From contig CAYPQZ010000014.1 in assembly GCA_964413015.1 (NCBI GenBank), positions 459-64,458 of the forward strand: a stretch of DNA of 64,000 nucleotides. The letters are read 5' to 3'. How positions within the stretch are numbered: the first letter of the stretch is position 1; each line of letters starts with the position of its first letter. This DNA is from an uncultured Candidatus Saccharibacteria bacterium (GTDB lineage Bacteria; Patescibacteriota; Minisyncoccia; Portnoybacterales; UBA2143). The position numbers and the translations under genes were made by a program. The notes beneath the pieces are model-generated. The model did not search any database, was not told where the DNA came from, and saw only the letters and a program-made list of their open reading frames with translations. Positions 31,274 to 40,322 of this stretch are shown here, in pieces.

Positions 31274-32446
31274 ATGAAATCACTTCGGGATTTTAATTTT
31301 AATAATAAGCGGGTTTTAATAAGGGTTGGCTTTAATGTTCCCTTCTTTTTGGGAGAAAGCAGCAGAATTGATGATGAAGAGGATTGGCGGATACAAGCCA
31401 CTTTGCCGACTATTAAATATTTAGTTGAGCATAAAGCTAAACTTATTCTGTTAACCCATTTGGGCAGGCCCGAAGGGAAGATTGACGAAAAACTGCGGTT
31501 GGATATGATAAGCGAAAGATTGACGGAACTTTTGAAATTGCCGGTCGTTAAATTAAATGATTGCCTTGGCCCTGAAGTTGAAATGCAGATAAGAAAAATG
31601 GCTCCTGGAGATATAGTTTTGTTAGAAAATATTCGTTTTCATCCGGGAGAAGAAGCAAATAGCCTGGATTTTTCCAAAAAAATCGCTGCTTTGGGAGACA
31701 TTTATGTTAACGACGCTTTTTCAGTGAGTCACAGAAATCATGCTTCGGTGGTTGGTCTGCCTAAATATTTACCGAGTTGTTTTGGTCTGCTTTTTGAAAA
31801 AGAGGTTCAAACGCTTTCCAAGGTTTTGGACCAGCCGGAACATCCTTTGACAGCAATTATCGGCGGAGGGAAAATATCAACTAAAATCAAGTTCGTTAAG
31901 AATTTTTTGAATAGATCCGACAACTTGCTTTTAGCTGGAGCTTTGGCTAACACGGTGATTAACGCTAAAGGGTTTGCCATTGGCCAGTCAGTTTCGGAAA
32001 AAAGCATGATTGGAGAAGTTAAAAAACTTAATTTGACCAGCACTAAGCTTCATATACCGGTTGATGTAGTTGTTTCTAAAGATGTTTCCGGAAAGGCATC
32101 CAGCCGAATTTCTCCAGTAGGCAATACAGCTGAAGACGAAATGATTCTTGATATTGGGCCGGATACGATTCAAATATTTTCCCAAGTAATTTCTCAGTCC
32201 AAAATGATTATCTGGAATGGACCTTTAGGATTTCTTGAGACGGAGAAATTCAGCTTAGGAAGTGAAGCAATTGCTAATAAAATAGCTGAGAGTTATAATT
32301 TTTCATTGGTTGGCGGAGGCGATACAGTAGCCTTTTTAGAAAAGTTAAAATTAATAGATAAAATAACACATATTTCTACCGGCGGGGGTGCTATGCTTAA
32401 ATTTCTAGCTGGTGAAAAACTGCCCGGGATAGAAGCCTTGAAATAG
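31274..32446 (+). CDS. pgk: Phosphoglycerate kinase (likely start ATG 31274)
   Basis: THLGRP, LLENIRF, YVNDAF..HR.HAS, DIGPDT, WNGPLG, GGGDT, STGGGA. Confidence 0.97.
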   Translation: MKSLRDFNFNNKRVLIRVGFNVPFFLGESSRIDDEEDWRIQATLPTIKYLVEHKAKLILLTHLGRPEGKIDEKLRLDMISERLTELLKLPVVKLNDCLGPEVEMQIRKMAPGDIVLLENIRFHPGEEANSLDFSKKIAALGDIYVNDAFSVSHRNHASVVGLPKYLPSCFGLLFEKEVQTLSKVLDQPEHPLTAIIGGGKISTKIKFVKNFLNRSDNLLLAGALANTVINAKGFAIGQSVSEKSMIGEVKKLNLTSTKLHIPVDVVVSKDVSGKASSRISPVGNTAEDEMILDIGPDTIQIFSQVISQSKMIIWNGPLGFLETEKFSLGSEAIANKIAESYNFSLVGGGDTVAFLEKLKLIDKITHISTGGGAMLKFLAGEKLPGIEALK

Positions 32447-32447
32447 T

Positions 32448-32488
32448 CTTTGAGACAGTCCCCAGAATGCTGGGGACTGTCCCCAAGG
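32448..32488. repeat. REP-like hairpin, GGGGACAGTCCCC family
   Basis: ctttgagacagtccccag-aatg-ctggggactgtccccaagg; degenerate copies at 39655-39700 and 40463-40502, half site 53209-53225. Confidence 0.8.
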
Positions 32489-32501
32489 CTCAAAAAATAT
32501 T

Positions 32502-34271
32502 ATGAAATGGCAAGTTAAAAATAAAGCGCCTAGCGCTTTTTTAAAACAATTTCCGGAGTTTTCTCCTTTAATCTCTCAGCTTTTATACAATCGCGATTTG
32601 AAAACTCAACAACAGATTGATGAGTTTTTTAATCCTGATTATCAGGGTGATTTACACGATCCTTTTTTACTTAAAGGGATGGAAAAAGCAGTTAAGCGAA
32701 TTTATCAAGCGGTGTCTAAAAAGGAAAGAATTTTAGTTTACGCTGATTATGACGCAGATGGAGTTTGTTCAGGGGCAATTTTGTTTTCAGTTTTGAAACA
32801 TCTGGGCGCGAAAAATATTCAGGCCTATATCCCTGACCGGGCCAAAGAAGGGCATGGAATGAACAAAGAAGCGATTAAGAAAATTCATAAAGAAAAAGCT
32901 GATTTGATAATTACCGTTGACTGCGGCATCAGTAATTTAGAAGAGGCCGAGCTAATTGCTTCTTTAGGCATGGACCTTATCATTACTGACCATCATCAGC
33001 CAAAGCATAAACTGCCTGAAGCAGTTGCCTTGATTGACCCTTGGCAGAAGGATGATAAATATCCTTTTAAGGATTTGTGCGGAGCCGGCGTGGCCTATAA
33101 ATTAACCTGCGCCCTCTTGCGCGAAAAAAAAGACAACCCAGATTATCCTTTAAAGAAATGGCTTTTGGATTTAGTCGCTTTAGCTACAGTGGCTGATGTT
33201 ATGCCGATTATTGGAGAGAATCGAACCTTGGTAAAGTACGGCTTAGGCGTTTTAGCTCAGACAAAACGTCTGGGGCTTCAAGAATTAATGAAAACGGCTA
33301 AAGTAATTCCTGAATTAATTAAACATTCCTTGAATGGGGAAGCCCCTCTGACAAACCTGAATACCTATACCATCGGCTTTATCCTGGCTCCGCGCCTTAA
33401 CGCGGTCGGTCGAATGAACCACGCTAGTGCCGCTTTTCATCTCTTAATAAGCCAGAATAAAAAAGAAGCCGAAAAATTAGCTAAAGATATTAATCAAAGC
33501 AATTCAACCAGGCAGAATTTGACAGAACGGATAATTGAGGAAGCTAAGAAGCGGATTGATAAAAAGCTTAGTCGTAAGGATTCTAAACTCATTTTTGAAG
33601 GCAGCCCTGATTGGCCGGCTGGATTAGTTGGCTTGATAGCCAGTAAGATATCTGATCAGTATCAGCGGCCAACCATTATTTACCATGACCTGGACTCTAT
33701 TATTTCCGGTTCTTGCCGAAGCCGAGGAAGTTTTAATGTTTTAGGGATGCTTAAACATTCATCTGATTGTCTTCATTCTTTCGGCGGGCATGAAAAAGCG
33801 GCCGGCTTTAGGATTAAAAGAGCAAATTTAAAAAAGTTTAAAAATGCTTTGATAAAATTTGTTGAAGACAAGTTAAGGGGCGAGGATTTAATACCGGTTT
33901 TAGACGTTGATGCGGAATTGTCTCTGGAAGACATAAACTGGCGGAATTATGACCAAATTCAGCAGTTTGCTCCTTTTGGTAAAGACAATCCGGAACCAAG
34001 ATTTTTGGTTAAAAATGCGGAAATTAATGATTTAAGATTAGTCGGTAATAGCAACAAGCATCTTAAGATGGACTTAATGATTTTCAACGAGCAATCAAAA
34101 CAGGGGAAAAGGATTAAGGCGATTGCTTTTAATCTGGGCGAATGGCATAATACATTGAATAGAGGCGATTCAGTTAACGCGGTTTTTGAATTAATTGCTA
34201 ATGAATGGAACGGGAACCGGGATTTAGAAATGAAAATTATAGATTTAAAGACCGTAAAAAAATATGTATGA
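32502..34271 (+). CDS. recJ: ssDNA-specific exonuclease RecJ
   Basis: DYDADG, ITVDCG, TDHH, TVADVMP, PRLNA.GR, GGHEKAAG, PFGKDNPEP. Confidence 0.97.
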   Translation: MKWQVKNKAPSAFLKQFPEFSPLISQLLYNRDLKTQQQIDEFFNPDYQGDLHDPFLLKGMEKAVKRIYQAVSKKERILVYADYDADGVCSGAILFSVLKHLGAKNIQAYIPDRAKEGHGMNKEAIKKIHKEKADLIITVDCGISNLEEAELIASLGMDLIITDHHQPKHKLPEAVALIDPWQKDDKYPFKDLCGAGVAYKLTCALLREKKDNPDYPLKKWLLDLVALATVADVMPIIGENRTLVKYGLGVLAQTKRLGLQELMKTAKVIPELIKHSLNGEAPLTNLNTYTIGFILAPRLNAVGRMNHASAAFHLLISQNKKEAEKLAKDINQSNSTRQNLTERIIEEAKKRIDKKLSRKDSKLIFEGSPDWPAGLVGLIASKISDQYQRPTIIYHDLDSIISGSCRSRGSFNVLGMLKHSSDCLHSFGGHEKAAGFRIKRANLKKFKNALIKFVEDKLRGEDLIPVLDVDAELSLEDINWRNYDQIQQFAPFGKDNPEPRFLVKNAEINDLRLVGNSNKHLKMDLMIFNEQSKQGKRIKAIAFNLGEWHNTLNRGDSVNAVFELIANEWNGNRDLEMKIIDLKTVKKYV

Positions 34272-34505
34272 AAATTTAAGGATTGTCATTGAGGATCATG
34301 TCCCTTTACAGAAGGCAAAGGGCGTGTCCGCCTATCCGCCTCTGAAGGGAAAGGACGACTCCTTAAATTTTGACAAGGGGAAACAGATAAGACAAACTGA
34401 TAAGAACAGTCTTTAAAATGACGCCCTTGTGCTCAAGGGGCATCGTTTTAAGGACTGTCCTTATCATCAGCGTATCCCAAGGGACATCATTTTAAGGACT
34501 GCCTT
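34272..34505 (+). repeat. Cluster of REP-like palindromes, copy C (34351-34465) plus partial copies
   Basis: Full copy of the A/B element followed by a repeated half caagggacatcattttaaggactg. Confidence 0.82.
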
Positions 34506-34514
34506 TTGAAAAGT

Positions 34515-34955
34515 ATGAAGTTAACTATTTATACCGATGGCGGAGCGCGGGGCAATCCCGGTCCGGCCGCTATCGGTGCGGTCATCATACAAGATGGCCA
34601 AACAATTAAGAAATACGGCGAGTTTATTGACGAAGCCACTAACAATCAAGCCGAGTACCAGGCAATAATTTTCGCTTTGAAAAAAATTAAACTGCTTTTT
34701 GGCAAAAAGCCGGCTAAGAGAATGGAAATTGAGCTTTATTCAGACAGTGAATTAATTGTTAATCAGCTTAATCATCAGTACAAGATAAAAGAGGAAGACC
34801 TTCAGTTACTGTTTCTCAAGGCCTGGAATTTGACGTTAGATTTTAAACAAGTTATTTTCAAGCATATTGTTCGGACTAAAAACAAGGAAGCTGACCGTTT
34901 GGTCAACCAAGCCCTGGATAATCAGGAAAAGACTTCTGTTTTGCCGGGTCTTTAA
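34515..34955 (+). CDS. rnhA: Ribonuclease HI family protein
   Basis: YTDGGARGNPGPA, TNNQAEY, DSELIV.Q, R..N.EAD.L.N. Confidence 0.9.
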   Translation: MKLTIYTDGGARGNPGPAAIGAVIIQDGQTIKKYGEFIDEATNNQAEYQAIIFALKKIKLLFGKKPAKRMEIELYSDSELIVNQLNHQYKIKEEDLQLLFLKAWNLTLDFKQVIFKHIVRTKNKEADRLVNQALDNQEKTSVLPGL

Positions 34956-34967
34956 TGCAAGGTTCTA

Positions 34968-34996
34968 TTGACATTAAATTGTTAATGCGGTAATAT
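34968..34996 (+). promoter_or_regulatory. Promoter of rnpB
   Basis: TTGACA-17 nt-TAATAT just upstream of the P1 helix. Confidence 0.7.
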
Positions 34997-35005
34997 TTAA
35001 ATAAT

Positions 35006-35357
35006 CCAAGCAAGTGGATAGTCGGTCGCCTTAGGCGACAGGAAAGTCCGGGCACCATATAATGGCAGTGGGTAACGCCCACCGTCCGCAAGGATAGGGA
35101 AAGTGCCACAGAGACAATGTTTCTTCATTTTAGGGGGAATCTCCTAAAAAGGGGTAAAAGTGAAAAGTGAGGGCCTAAGAATCCTCTCATCCGGCAGAAA
35201 TGTCGCGATGCGGTAAACCCTGCCTGGTGCAAGAGCAAAGTGTAGCTCGCTTGAGCCTGAGAGTAATCTCCGGCCTAGATAGATGACTATCCAAAACCCG
35301 CCTTTGCCCTACGGGCTTCGGCGAGGTGAGACAGAACCCGGCTTATAGCTTGCTTGG
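35006..35357 (+). ncRNA. rnpB: RNase P RNA, type A-like
   Basis: AGGAAAGTCCGGGC, GAAAGTGCCACAGA, CGGTAAACCC, ACAGAACCCGGCTTA; P1 ccaagcaag/cttgcttgg; P2 ggatagtc/gactatcc. Confidence 0.95.
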
Positions 35358-35404
35358 GTTTTTTTATTCTTGATTTTTAGGTAAAAATCATTAAAATCAA
35401 AGTA

Positions 35405-36835
35405 ATGAAGCGTTCAGACCTTATTTTCACTGCTATTTTAGTCCCGGTGGATTTTTTGATGCTGGTTGCCGCCGGTCTGACCGCCTATTTTTTAAGAATT
35501 AGCCCTTGGCTAGCCCAATACCGGCCAGTTCTTTTTCATTTAAACCTTCCTTTTGGCAGGTATTTTGTTTTGGTCAGCGGGATTTCCATTTTTTTATTGA
35601 TTGTTTTTTCGCTAATCGGACTTTACCGGATTAAGTCAACCCGTAAGCTTCTGGACGATTTTCCCAGAATCGCGATTGGCGTCTCAGCCGGGGTCATGAT
35701 TGTTGTCCTCTATATCTTTCTAAGACAGGAACTATTCAATTCCCGTTTTTTAGTTTTAGCCGGCTGGTTGATAGCCATTGTTTTTGTTTGTCTAGGCCGT
35801 TGGTTAGTTGTCCTGTGGGGAAAATATTTGATCAGAAGCCGTCAGTTTGGAATTCGCCGGGTCATGCTTATTGGCCGGGATGAGTTAAGCCAAAAGATTA
35901 TCCAGAATATTAAACAAGAGGCCAGTGCAAGGTGCCGGGTAGTTGAGAATATTATCGAGCCGGATTTAAAAAAGATAAGTCAGAAGATAAGTAGCGGGAA
36001 AATAGATGAAGTTATTCTGTCGGATCCGGATTGGTCCAAGGATAAGGTTTTGGAATTAGTTAATCTGGTTGAGGCCAGTCATTTGAATTTCAAATTTATC
36101 CCCAATCTTTTTCAGGCTTTGACTGTTAATACTTCAGTTGAAATAATCGGCAATGTGCCGGTTGTTGAATTGAAAAGAACTGCTCTGGACGGTTGGGGTA
36201 GAATCATTAAGAGATTATTTGATATAATCTTCTCGCTTTCTTTTGTTATTATCTTTTCGCCGGCCTATCTTTTAATAGCTTTGATGATAAAAATTGATTC
36301 TCCGGGCCCGGTGATTTATAAGGATTATCGTTACGGATACAAAAAGAAAAAGTTTGAGTTTTACAAATTCCGTTCTATGAGAGCTGACCTTTGCGACGGG
36401 GAATTCGGAACTAAAAAAGGGAATCAAATGCTTAAAGATTTGGAAAAAGACCATGCCAGGAATCTCCGTAAAGACAGTCCGCTTCATAAGATTAAGAATG
36501 ATCCCAGGATTACCAAGCTAGGCCGGTTCTTGCGTAAGAATTCTTTAGATGAATTGCCTCAATTCTTTAATGTTTTGAAAGGAGACATGAGCATTGTCGG
36601 TTATCGTCCCCATATGTCTTACGAGGTAAAAAAGTACAATTTTGACCAGCAAAGGATGTTCTATATCAAGCCCGGGATTACCGGCTTGGCCCAAATTTCC
36701 GGAAGGAGCGACCTTGATTTTGATGAAGAGGTTAAGCTGGACGTCTTTTATATGGAAAATTGGTCTTTGAGATTGGATTTAATTATCATTTTAAAAACTC
36801 CGTTTGTTATCTTATTAAAAAAGCACGAAGCTTAG
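35405..36835 (+). CDS. Polyprenyl-phosphate sugar transferase (WcaJ/WbaP-like priming glycosyltransferase)
   Basis: N-terminal TMs, KRLFDI, YKFRSM, DPRIT..GRFLRK.SLDELPQ, KPGITGLAQISGR. Confidence 0.93.
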   Translation: MKRSDLIFTAILVPVDFLMLVAAGLTAYFLRISPWLAQYRPVLFHLNLPFGRYFVLVSGISIFLLIVFSLIGLYRIKSTRKLLDDFPRIAIGVSAGVMIVVLYIFLRQELFNSRFLVLAGWLIAIVFVCLGRWLVVLWGKYLIRSRQFGIRRVMLIGRDELSQKIIQNIKQEASARCRVVENIIEPDLKKISQKISSGKIDEVILSDPDWSKDKVLELVNLVEASHLNFKFIPNLFQALTVNTSVEIIGNVPVVELKRTALDGWGRIIKRLFDIIFSLSFVIIFSPAYLLIALMIKIDSPGPVIYKDYRYGYKKKKFEFYKFRSMRADLCDGEFGTKKGNQMLKDLEKDHARNLRKDSPLHKIKNDPRITKLGRFLRKNSLDELPQFFNVLKGDMSIVGYRPHMSYEVKKYNFDQQRMFYIKPGITGLAQISGRSDLDFDEEVKLDVFYMENWSLRLDLIIILKTPFVILLKKHEA

Positions 36836-36860
36836 CTGGTCCGAAGGAAGCGATATTTTT

Positions 36861-37946
36861 ATGAAAGTTGCTTTAGTTCATGATTATCTTAATCAATACG
36901 GAGGGGCGGAAAGAGTATTAGAGGCATTTTGTCAGATTTTTCCCAAAGCGCCGATTTATACTTTGCTTTATGATGAAGCCAGAACCGGTTCGGCCTTTAA
37001 AAAATATCAAATTAAGACGTCTTTTTTGCAAAAAGTCCCTTTGGTTAAATCTCACCATCGCCCTTTTTTAATGCTGATGCCTTTGGCAATAGAACAATTT
37101 GATTTGTCCGAGTATGATTTAGTGCTTTCTGATTCAGCCAGCTATGCCAAAGGGGTAATTACTTCGCCGAAAACTCTGCATATTTGTTATTGCCATACGC
37201 CGATTCGCTATGCCTGGGATGATTCCCATAAATACATAGAGGAATTCGGTTATCCCGGCCCAATAAAGAAAGTAGTTCCTTTTTTCATGAACTATATCCG
37301 TCTCTGGGATGAGCAGGCGGCCCAACGAGTTGATAAATTTATTGCCAATTCACGTTTTGTGGCCCAGCGGATAAAAAAGTATTATCATCAGCCGGCAAGG
37401 GTTATCCATCCGCCGGTCAGAACCGACCTCTTTTACATGGCTGATAAAATAGACGAATATTTTCTGCTCGTCGGGCGCTTCCTGCCTTACAAACGCTTCG
37501 ATTTAGCTATAGAGGCATTTAACGAGCTGGGTCTCCCTTTAAAAATTATTGGCGACGGGCCTGACCGTAAAAAATTGGAGCGGAATTCTAGAAGAAATAT
37601 AGAGTTTGTGGGGTTGGTTTCTGACAGCAAATTAAAAGAATATTATGCTCACTGCCAGGCCTTTATTTTTCCTCAAGAAGAGGATTTCGGGATTACCGCG
37701 GTTGAGGCAATGGCCTCAGGCCGGCCAGTTATTGCTTATCAGTCTGGTGGCGCCTTAGAAACAGTTGAACCAGGAATTACCGGATTGTTTTTTAAAGAGC
37801 AAACTAAAGAAAGCTTAATTGAAGTTTTAAGAAAGTTCAAATCCAGCGACTTCAATTCTAAAATTATCAGACAAAAAGCTGAAAATTTCGACCAGGAAAA
37901 ATTTAAAAAAAGGATAATAAATTTTATTAATGAATATTGGCATTGA
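36861..37946 (+). CDS. Glycosyltransferase family 4
   Basis: VALVHDYL.Q.GGAERV, YCHTP.RY.W, EDFGITAVEAMASG. Confidence 0.93.
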   Translation: MKVALVHDYLNQYGGAERVLEAFCQIFPKAPIYTLLYDEARTGSAFKKYQIKTSFLQKVPLVKSHHRPFLMLMPLAIEQFDLSEYDLVLSDSASYAKGVITSPKTLHICYCHTPIRYAWDDSHKYIEEFGYPGPIKKVVPFFMNYIRLWDEQAAQRVDKFIANSRFVAQRIKKYYHQPARVIHPPVRTDLFYMADKIDEYFLLVGRFLPYKRFDLAIEAFNELGLPLKIIGDGPDRKKLERNSRRNIEFVGLVSDSKLKEYYAHCQAFIFPQEEDFGITAVEAMASGRPVIAYQSGGALETVEPGITGLFFKEQTKESLIEVLRKFKSSDFNSKIIRQKAENFDQEKFKKRIINFINEYWH

Positions 37947-39045
37947 TATAAGAGTTTTGGCTCGAGGCGCCAGAACCGGTGTTGAAGAATACACTCTTAA
38001 TCTGCTTGATTCTCTTTTGTCTCTGGAGCCAGAAATCAATTTCAAGCTTTTTTATAACGCTTATCATAAAGCTTGTTTATCTTATCCTTGCCTTGGTTTG
38101 GATAATGTTCAGTTAAAAGATTTTAGAATTCCTAACCGCCTTTTTTTTATTAGCGCCCGCTATTTTAACCAGCCCAAAATAGACAAATTATTAGGCCAAA
38201 TTAATGTTTACTTCAATCCACATTTTTTCCCCGCTCCTTTGTCAAGCAACTGCCGGAAAATAGTTACTTTCCATGACTTGTCTTTTTTAAGGCATCCTGA
38301 GTTCTTCTCTTGGCGTAAAAAAGTTTGGCAAAGTTTTTTGGTAGCGGCTCAAAAAGAAGCTGTTCAAGCCGATAAAATTATTGCTGTTTCTCAATCGACT
38401 AAACAGGACTTAGTTAATCTTTATGGAATTAAACCGGGTAAAATAAAGGTAATTTATTCGGGGATAGGCGAGAAGTTTAACCCTTTAGGGGCTATTCCCA
38501 AGCTGGCTAAGAAATACAATCTTCCGGAGAAATTTATCCTCTATTTTGGGACTATTGAACCGAGGAAAAATCTTGTAGGGTTGATTAAGGCTTTTGAACT
38601 TCTGAAGACAAAGCATAAACTGGTCTTTGCCGGGACTAAGGGCTGGCTTTATCAGGATATTTTTAAGGCCGCTAGAAAGTCGAGGCGCCACCGGGACATT
38701 ATTTTCACTGGTTTTGTTGAAGACCAAGACAAACCCGGGCTTTACAATCTGGCTGATCTTTTCATTTATCCCAGTTTTTTTGAGGGTTTCGGCTTCCCCC
38801 CCTTGGAAGCAATGGCCTGTGGAGTGCCGACTATTGTTTCGCACGCTTCTTCTTTGCCGGAGGTAGTCGGGACAGGCGCTTTAATGGTTGACCCTTACAA
38901 TATTGATGAGTTGGCCTGGGCTATGGAAACGATTCTGGCTGATAAAGATTTAAGGGAAGGACTAATTAAAAAAGGATTTGCCCAAGCCAAAAAATTCTCC
39001 TGGCCCAAATGCGCCCGGGACACGCTAAAACTGATAAAAGGCTGA
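37930..39045 (+). CDS. Glycosyltransferase family 4
   Basis: TFHDLSF, GTIEPRKN, EGFGFPPLEAMACG. Confidence 0.93.
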   Translation: MNIGIDIRVLARGARTGVEEYTLNLLDSLLSLEPEINFKLFYNAYHKACLSYPCLGLDNVQLKDFRIPNRLFFISARYFNQPKIDKLLGQINVYFNPHFFPAPLSSNCRKIVTFHDLSFLRHPEFFSWRKKVWQSFLVAAQKEAVQADKIIAVSQSTKQDLVNLYGIKPGKIKVIYSGIGEKFNPLGAIPKLAKKYNLPEKFILYFGTIEPRKNLVGLIKAFELLKTKHKLVFAGTKGWLYQDIFKAARKSRRHRDIIFTGFVEDQDKPGLYNLADLFIYPSFFEGFGFPPLEAMACGVPTIVSHASSLPEVVGTGALMVDPYNIDELAWAMETILADKDLREGLIKKGFAQAKKFSWPKCARDTLKLIKG

Positions 39046-39109
39046 AGAATTGTCCTTAAAGAAATTTAAGGATTGTCATTTTAAGGACTGTCCTTTAATC
39101 GGCAATAAA

Positions 39110-40246
39110 ATGAATAAAAAAAACCAGATTAAAATTGGGATTGATGCGCGGTTTTTTGGACCCAAGCAAAAAGGGCTGGGTCGCTATGTCCAGAAATTAG
39201 TGGAAAAACTGGAAAAAGTTGATTTAGATAACCAGTACGTTATTTTCCTCCGTAAAGAGAACTGGTCGGAATACCAACCGACCAATCCTAATTTCCAAAA
39301 AATTTTGGCTGATTATCCCTGGTACAGTTTAAAAGAACAAATTTTTCTGCCCTTTAAAATTTATCAATCAAAGGTTGATTTTGTGCATTTTCCCCATTTC
39401 AACGTACCGTTGCTGTGCTTTAAACCGTTTCTAATCACTATCCACGATTTGATTTTAAAACGGTTTCCTACTAGACGAGCGTCTGCTTTAAACCCGGTAA
39501 TGTATTTCTTAAAGAATCTGGCTTACCAGTTAGTTATTTTCTCGGCGGTCAAAAGAGCTAAAAAAATTATTGCTGTTTCTAACTATACTAAAAGGGATAT
39601 TCTAAAATACTTCAAAGTCAAAAAAGAAAAAGTAAAATTGATTTATGAGGGGGTATCTTTAAGGATAGTCCCCGGAACGCTGGAAACTATCTCTAAAGAT
39701 GTCCCCAAAGAATATTTGCTGTATGTCGGAAATGCTTATCCTCATAAAAATTTAGAACGACTGGTTTTGGCTTTTAATGAGATATTGAGAGATGAAAAAT
39801 ATTCAAATTTAAAGCTTCTCTTGGTCGGCGGAATGGACTATTTCTACAAACGGTTGAGAAAATTCGTTCTGGATTCTGCGTCGCAGGTTCAAAGTTCCGT
39901 GATTTTTACCGACTTCGTCTCAGATAGGGAATTATCTGTTTTATATCAGAAAGCTTCCTTGTATGTTTTCCCTTCGCTATATGAAGGATTCGGCCTGCCT
40001 CCATTAGAGGCGATGTATTACCAGTTGCCGGTAGTCTCTTCAAACTCATCCTGCCTGCCGGAGATTCTAGGAGAGGCGGCCGTATTTTTTGACCCGGAAA
40101 ACATTCATGAAATAGCAGAAAAAATTAAGCAGGTTTTGGAAGACAAACCGTTGCAGAGAACATTAATCAACCGGGGATTGTTGGTCATTAAAAAATACAG
40201 CTGGCTCAAAATGGCCCGGGAAATTAAAACGGTTTATTTAAATTAA
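39110..40246 (+). CDS. Glycosyltransferase family 4 (likely start ATG 39110)
   Basis: IGIDARF, TIHDLI, VGNAYPHKN, EGFGLPPLEAM. Confidence 0.93.
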   Translation: MNKKNQIKIGIDARFFGPKQKGLGRYVQKLVEKLEKVDLDNQYVIFLRKENWSEYQPTNPNFQKILADYPWYSLKEQIFLPFKIYQSKVDFVHFPHFNVPLLCFKPFLITIHDLILKRFPTRRASALNPVMYFLKNLAYQLVIFSAVKRAKKIIAVSNYTKRDILKYFKVKKEKVKLIYEGVSLRIVPGTLETISKDVPKEYLLYVGNAYPHKNLERLVLAFNEILRDEKYSNLKLLLVGGMDYFYKRLRKFVLDSASQVQSSVIFTDFVSDRELSVLYQKASLYVFPSLYEGFGLPPLEAMYYQLPVVSSNSSCLPEILGEAAVFFDPENIHEIAEKIKQVLEDKPLQRTLINRGLLVIKKYSWLKMAREIKTVYLN

Positions 40247-40322
40247 AGGCCTTAAAATAGAAAGTGAGATGTGGTATAATAAAAATACCTAATTTAATGA
40301 GGCATTTTTATCTTATAAAAAT

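Noticed and set aside
23066-34505. Possible CRISPR array from the recurring palindromes
   Set aside because: Dispersed, no regular repeat-spacer period, no cas genes
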